A stretch of 64,000 nt of DNA, taken from contig NC_083409.1 of the NCBI RefSeq assembly GCF_020745735.1, forward strand, positions 20,594,098 to 20,658,097. Direction: 5' to 3'. The position numbers were made by a program, and so were the translations under genes. This document shows, piece by piece, positions 60,471-64,000 of this stretch. The notes under the pieces are model-generated. The model was not told the DNA's origin. It saw only the letters and a list, made by a program, of their open reading frames with translations, and ran no database searches. The number at the start of each line of letters is the position of its first letter. Within the stretch, counting starts at the first letter, position 1. Source of the stretch: Hemiscyllium ocellatum (taxonomy: Eukaryota).

Positions 60471-61020
60471 TGTCTCTCTGTGTCTCTCACTCTTTCTCTC
60501 TCACTCTGTCTCAAAGCCACTCTCTCCAACTTACATTTCCTCACTCCGTCTCATAATCTCTATTTCTGCATCTTTCTCTCTCACCATCACTCGCTCCATT
60601 GCTCACTTCAATTGAAAACCTCCAAATGTTAATTGCCCCTCTCTATTCCTCTCTCTGTCTATCCCTCCCTCTCTGCATCCCAATCTACAGTCTCTCTCCC
60701 TCCATCTCTGTCATTCTGTCTCTTACCATACTCATGTCTCTCTCTCTCTCACACACACTCAACCCTACCCACTCTCTCTTGATTCCCTTCACTCTTGGTA
60801 TCACACCCATCCTATCTCTTTTTCTCTATCCATCCCGATCAATCACATCTTGTTTTTCTCTCCCTCTCTCTATCCCTCAATCACACCACTTCTACCTCTC
60901 TCTTGGCCCCTTCACATATCTCACACTGTCTCAGATGCCCCTCCCTCTATCGCTCGATCACACACACAATTTGCCTTTTCCTCTCTCTTTGTCTTGTTTC
61001 TCTGTCTTTCTCACAGTGTC
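60470..61020. repeat. CT-rich low-complexity tract
   Basis: Degenerate (CT)n. Confidence 0.85.
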
Positions 61021-61489
61021 CCAGGTGGTGACAGTTGAATTCAGGATAAATCTTCCTCTGCTCTGCCCCACTAATGGATGTTAACCCTTGACCCAAAAAC
61101 ATGTCTTTTCCTGGAGTAACTCCCCACTTCTCACACTGACCAGGGTTTGACCTCATTCAGGACGACGGACAGATTCTTGTCAAATGAAAGGCAGTTCTGT
61201 TCTGTTGCCCTATTCTCACTAGGGACTGGTTTGGACCTCATTCCATGAAGGCCCAGCAGAGAGAGGAGATCCTCAGGCCATCAGTGTGAGCTGGAGAGAA
61301 AATGACATTTTCTGACCCAGTGATCCAGCCTGTCCATCCACAACATGTTCCAATCCTTTTCCCTTTCCTTCCCCTTCCATGATCAGTCTCTGAATCAGGC
61401 TGTTTGACTGGGATGAGGGCTGGAGCATCACACAGTTACAACAGAAAGGAACTGACCCCACGCCCACCATGTGTTCATGACGTACTAGA

Positions 61490-63120
61490 CTCTCCAACAG
61501 AGTCCACTAAACATGGAATTCAGTTCACAAGGCTGCTCGATAGAGAGACATGGGTTTCCTTCCACTGAAGTTCCCAGAAGAGACCAGTAAATATGGGCTT
61601 CTTCCTGCTGGAACCTCCAACAGAAACCAGTGAACATTGGCCTACTTCTGATTTGATCCTCCAAGAGAAATCCGTAAACATGGGCCTCCTATTCATTGCA
61701 CTTTCCAATTCAGACAAGTAGATGACTGAGTTTTTGAAGAAGTAATCACAAACCTAGATAAAGGTAGAGCAGTACACTATGTTTACTTGGACTTTAGCAA
61801 GGCCTTAGACAAGGTTCCTCATGGTAGAATGCTCAGTAAGATTATATCACATAGGATCCAAGGAGAGCTCGCCAATTGGATATAAAATTGGCCTGATGAT
61901 AGGAGGCAGAGGCTGGTGAAAGAGGCTCGTTCTTCAGACTGGAGGCCAGTGACCAGCCGTCTGCCACAAGAATCGATCCTGGATCCACTGTTGTTCATCA
62001 TTTATATGAACTATTTGGAGACAAAATAGCAGGAACGGTCAGGAAATTTTTGGCTGACATTAAAATTGTTGGCATAGTGGACAGGGAAGAAGGTTATCCA
62101 AAAGTGCAATGTCATCTTGATCAACTGGGCCAGTGAGTCAACAAATCCAGATGGAAATTTTGATAGATAGAAGGAGTTGCATTTTGGTAAGACAAACCAG
62201 GGCAGGAATTACACAATTAATGGTAGAGCCATGGGGAGTGTTGTTGAACAGAGAGACCGAGGGGTACAGGTACTTAGTTCCTTGAAAATGGTGTCACAGG
62301 TAGACAGGGTGATGAAGAAGGTATTTGGCACGCTCACCTTCACTGGTCAAAGGAGGGAGTACAGGAGCTGGGACATCATGTTACAGCTGTACAAGGCATT
62401 GGGAAGGCCACGTTTGGTCACTGTGTACTTTTCTGCTCACCCTGCTATAGGAAGGAAGTTATGACAGTGGTTTGAATAAAAGAAAGATCAACAGGGATGT
62501 TACCAAGATTGGAGGGCTTGAATTATAAGGCGAGGATGGATATGCAAGATGTTTTTCCAGGGAATGCAGGAGATTTAGGGGTGACCTTATATAGGGTTAT
62601 TGAATCATGAGAGTCATAGATAAGGTAAATAGCCAAAGTCTTTTCCCCAGGGTAGGAGAATCCAGTACTAGAAGGAATAGGTTTAAGTTGAGGGGGGAAA
62701 GAATTAGAAGGAAACTGAGAGCGAACCTTTTCACACAGAGGTTGGTGTGTATGTGCAATGAGCTGCCAGAGGAAGTGGTAGAGGGGAGTACAGTTACTAC
62801 ATTTCAAGGAGATTTTTACAGCAACATGGATAGGAAGGATTCAGAGCGATTTGGGCCAAACACAGCCAAATGGGATTAGTACAGTTTTGGAAACTTGGTG
62901 GGCATGGATGAGTTGGGCTGAAGGGCCTGATTCCATGCTGTAAACCTCTATGACTCTATGATGATGTATACATGAGCTACCTTCCCACAGGACCAGTAAA
63001 CATGGACTTCTGACCCACTGGAACCTCCAACAGACACCAATAAACATGAACCACCTTCTCACTGGATGCTTCAGGAGAGACCAGTAAACATGGGCCTACT
63101 TCCCACTGGACTGTCCAGTA
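61490..63120. repeat. 43-44-bp minisatellite split by a CR1 insertion
   Basis: accagtaaacatgg...ccactggaacctccaacaga units at 61583, 61626, 61670 and 62992, 63036, 63080. Confidence 0.75.
61740..62970 (+). mobile_element. CR1-type LINE 3' ~1.2 kb
   Basis: VYLDFSKALDKVPHGR, HFGKTNQGRNYTING; CR1 tail. Confidence 0.88.
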
Positions 63121-64000
63121 CTTGAGCTGCAAACCCCAAATCCACTCCATCATGAAGTTCTCTTATTTCAGTCTCAACAACACTGTCTGTCTCTGCACGA
63201 CTTCAGTCCCCTGGCCACAGAAACACTAATTCCTGCTTGTCCTAACTATTGATTCCAATGTCCTCTCCCAGCTTCCTGAAGTCACATTCCATAAACCCCA
63301 ACTTGTCTGATATGGAGTGGTCCGTTCCTTGTCTGACATCTGAAGTCGTTCAAGAATGAACTCACTGCCAGCCAATTGCCTCCATGGCCTCCCTCCTCCC
63401 TCAATCTGTGTCCTGCTGCAGACTCACATTCCCTCCCTCCCCCTTCCATCTTCTGTCTCTGGTCTCCTGTCCATTGCTGCTTCCTCCATCCCACCATTGA
63501 CAGCAGAGCCTTCAGGCCCCCTACAGTGTGCTCTCTGACCTCCTGCCCTTCATCCCTCCTCCTCTCGATTGGTGTGCTATTGAATATATTGTTCAGTCCC
63601 ATTGCTTTTGGTTTACTGTTCCCTTGTCATTGATTAGCTGACTTACTCTAGTAAATCTAGTCTGGGCCTGTTCCCTGAGTTGGTTCAAGTGTGTTTGAGA
63701 AAGCATTCTTCTGTAAATTGGGTTGTCTGTTTCTCCCAGTCTTTGTGTAAAGGTGAGACTAAGTGTATGTAAGTTCTTATACAGCACAGACAGAGGTCAC
63801 TGGGCCTATTGTGACTGTTAGTCAAATTAATCCAATGAGTCCTATTTACCCAGCCCTTCCTGTATAATCTTGTAATTGTTTCCTTTACAGCTATTTCTCC
63901 AAACGCCCTTTTAAAAGTTGCTGTTGAATCCACTTCCACTCACCTTGCAGACAGACATCATGAACTCGCTGGATAAAAAATGTTCCTATCTTCTCTTTTG

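Noticed and set aside
60599-61084. 161-aa Leu/Ser-rich ORF
   Set aside because: Translation of a CT-rich tract.
61490-63120. CRISPR-like spaced repeats
   Set aside because: Eukaryotic context; tandem degenerate units without unique spacers or cas genes.

Overview
Vertebrate genomic DNA from a cartilaginous fish (shark; inferred from HE1-type SINEs and a nurse/horn-shark type I light-chain gene), heavily filled with retroelement debris. Three host loci are readable. (1) + strand, 1249-26161: the last ten recognisable coding exons of a CEP350-family gene that lacks the CAP-Gly block, probably the CCDC187-type paralogue. (2) + strand, ~34925-41837: a decayed RNase L-like gene, absent from the ORF track, with ankyrin remnants and two KEN-ribonuclease exons in matching intron phase, a premature stop and no kinase domain. 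(3) - strand, 47776-59492: one unrearranged immunoglobulin light-chain cluster (promoter-L-V-12RSS / 23RSS-J / C) of the type I/NS5 (sigma-cart) class with independent lesions in V, V-RSS, J and the C splice acceptor. Also present are CR1-type and L1 LINE fragments, HE1 and Deu-domain SINEs, minisatellites, and short hairpin insertions with 11-15 bp target-site duplications that carry minimal hammerhead-ribozyme cores typical of Penelope-like elements. Homologies were recognised by eye against remembered sequences, not by database search; repeat boundaries are approximate.
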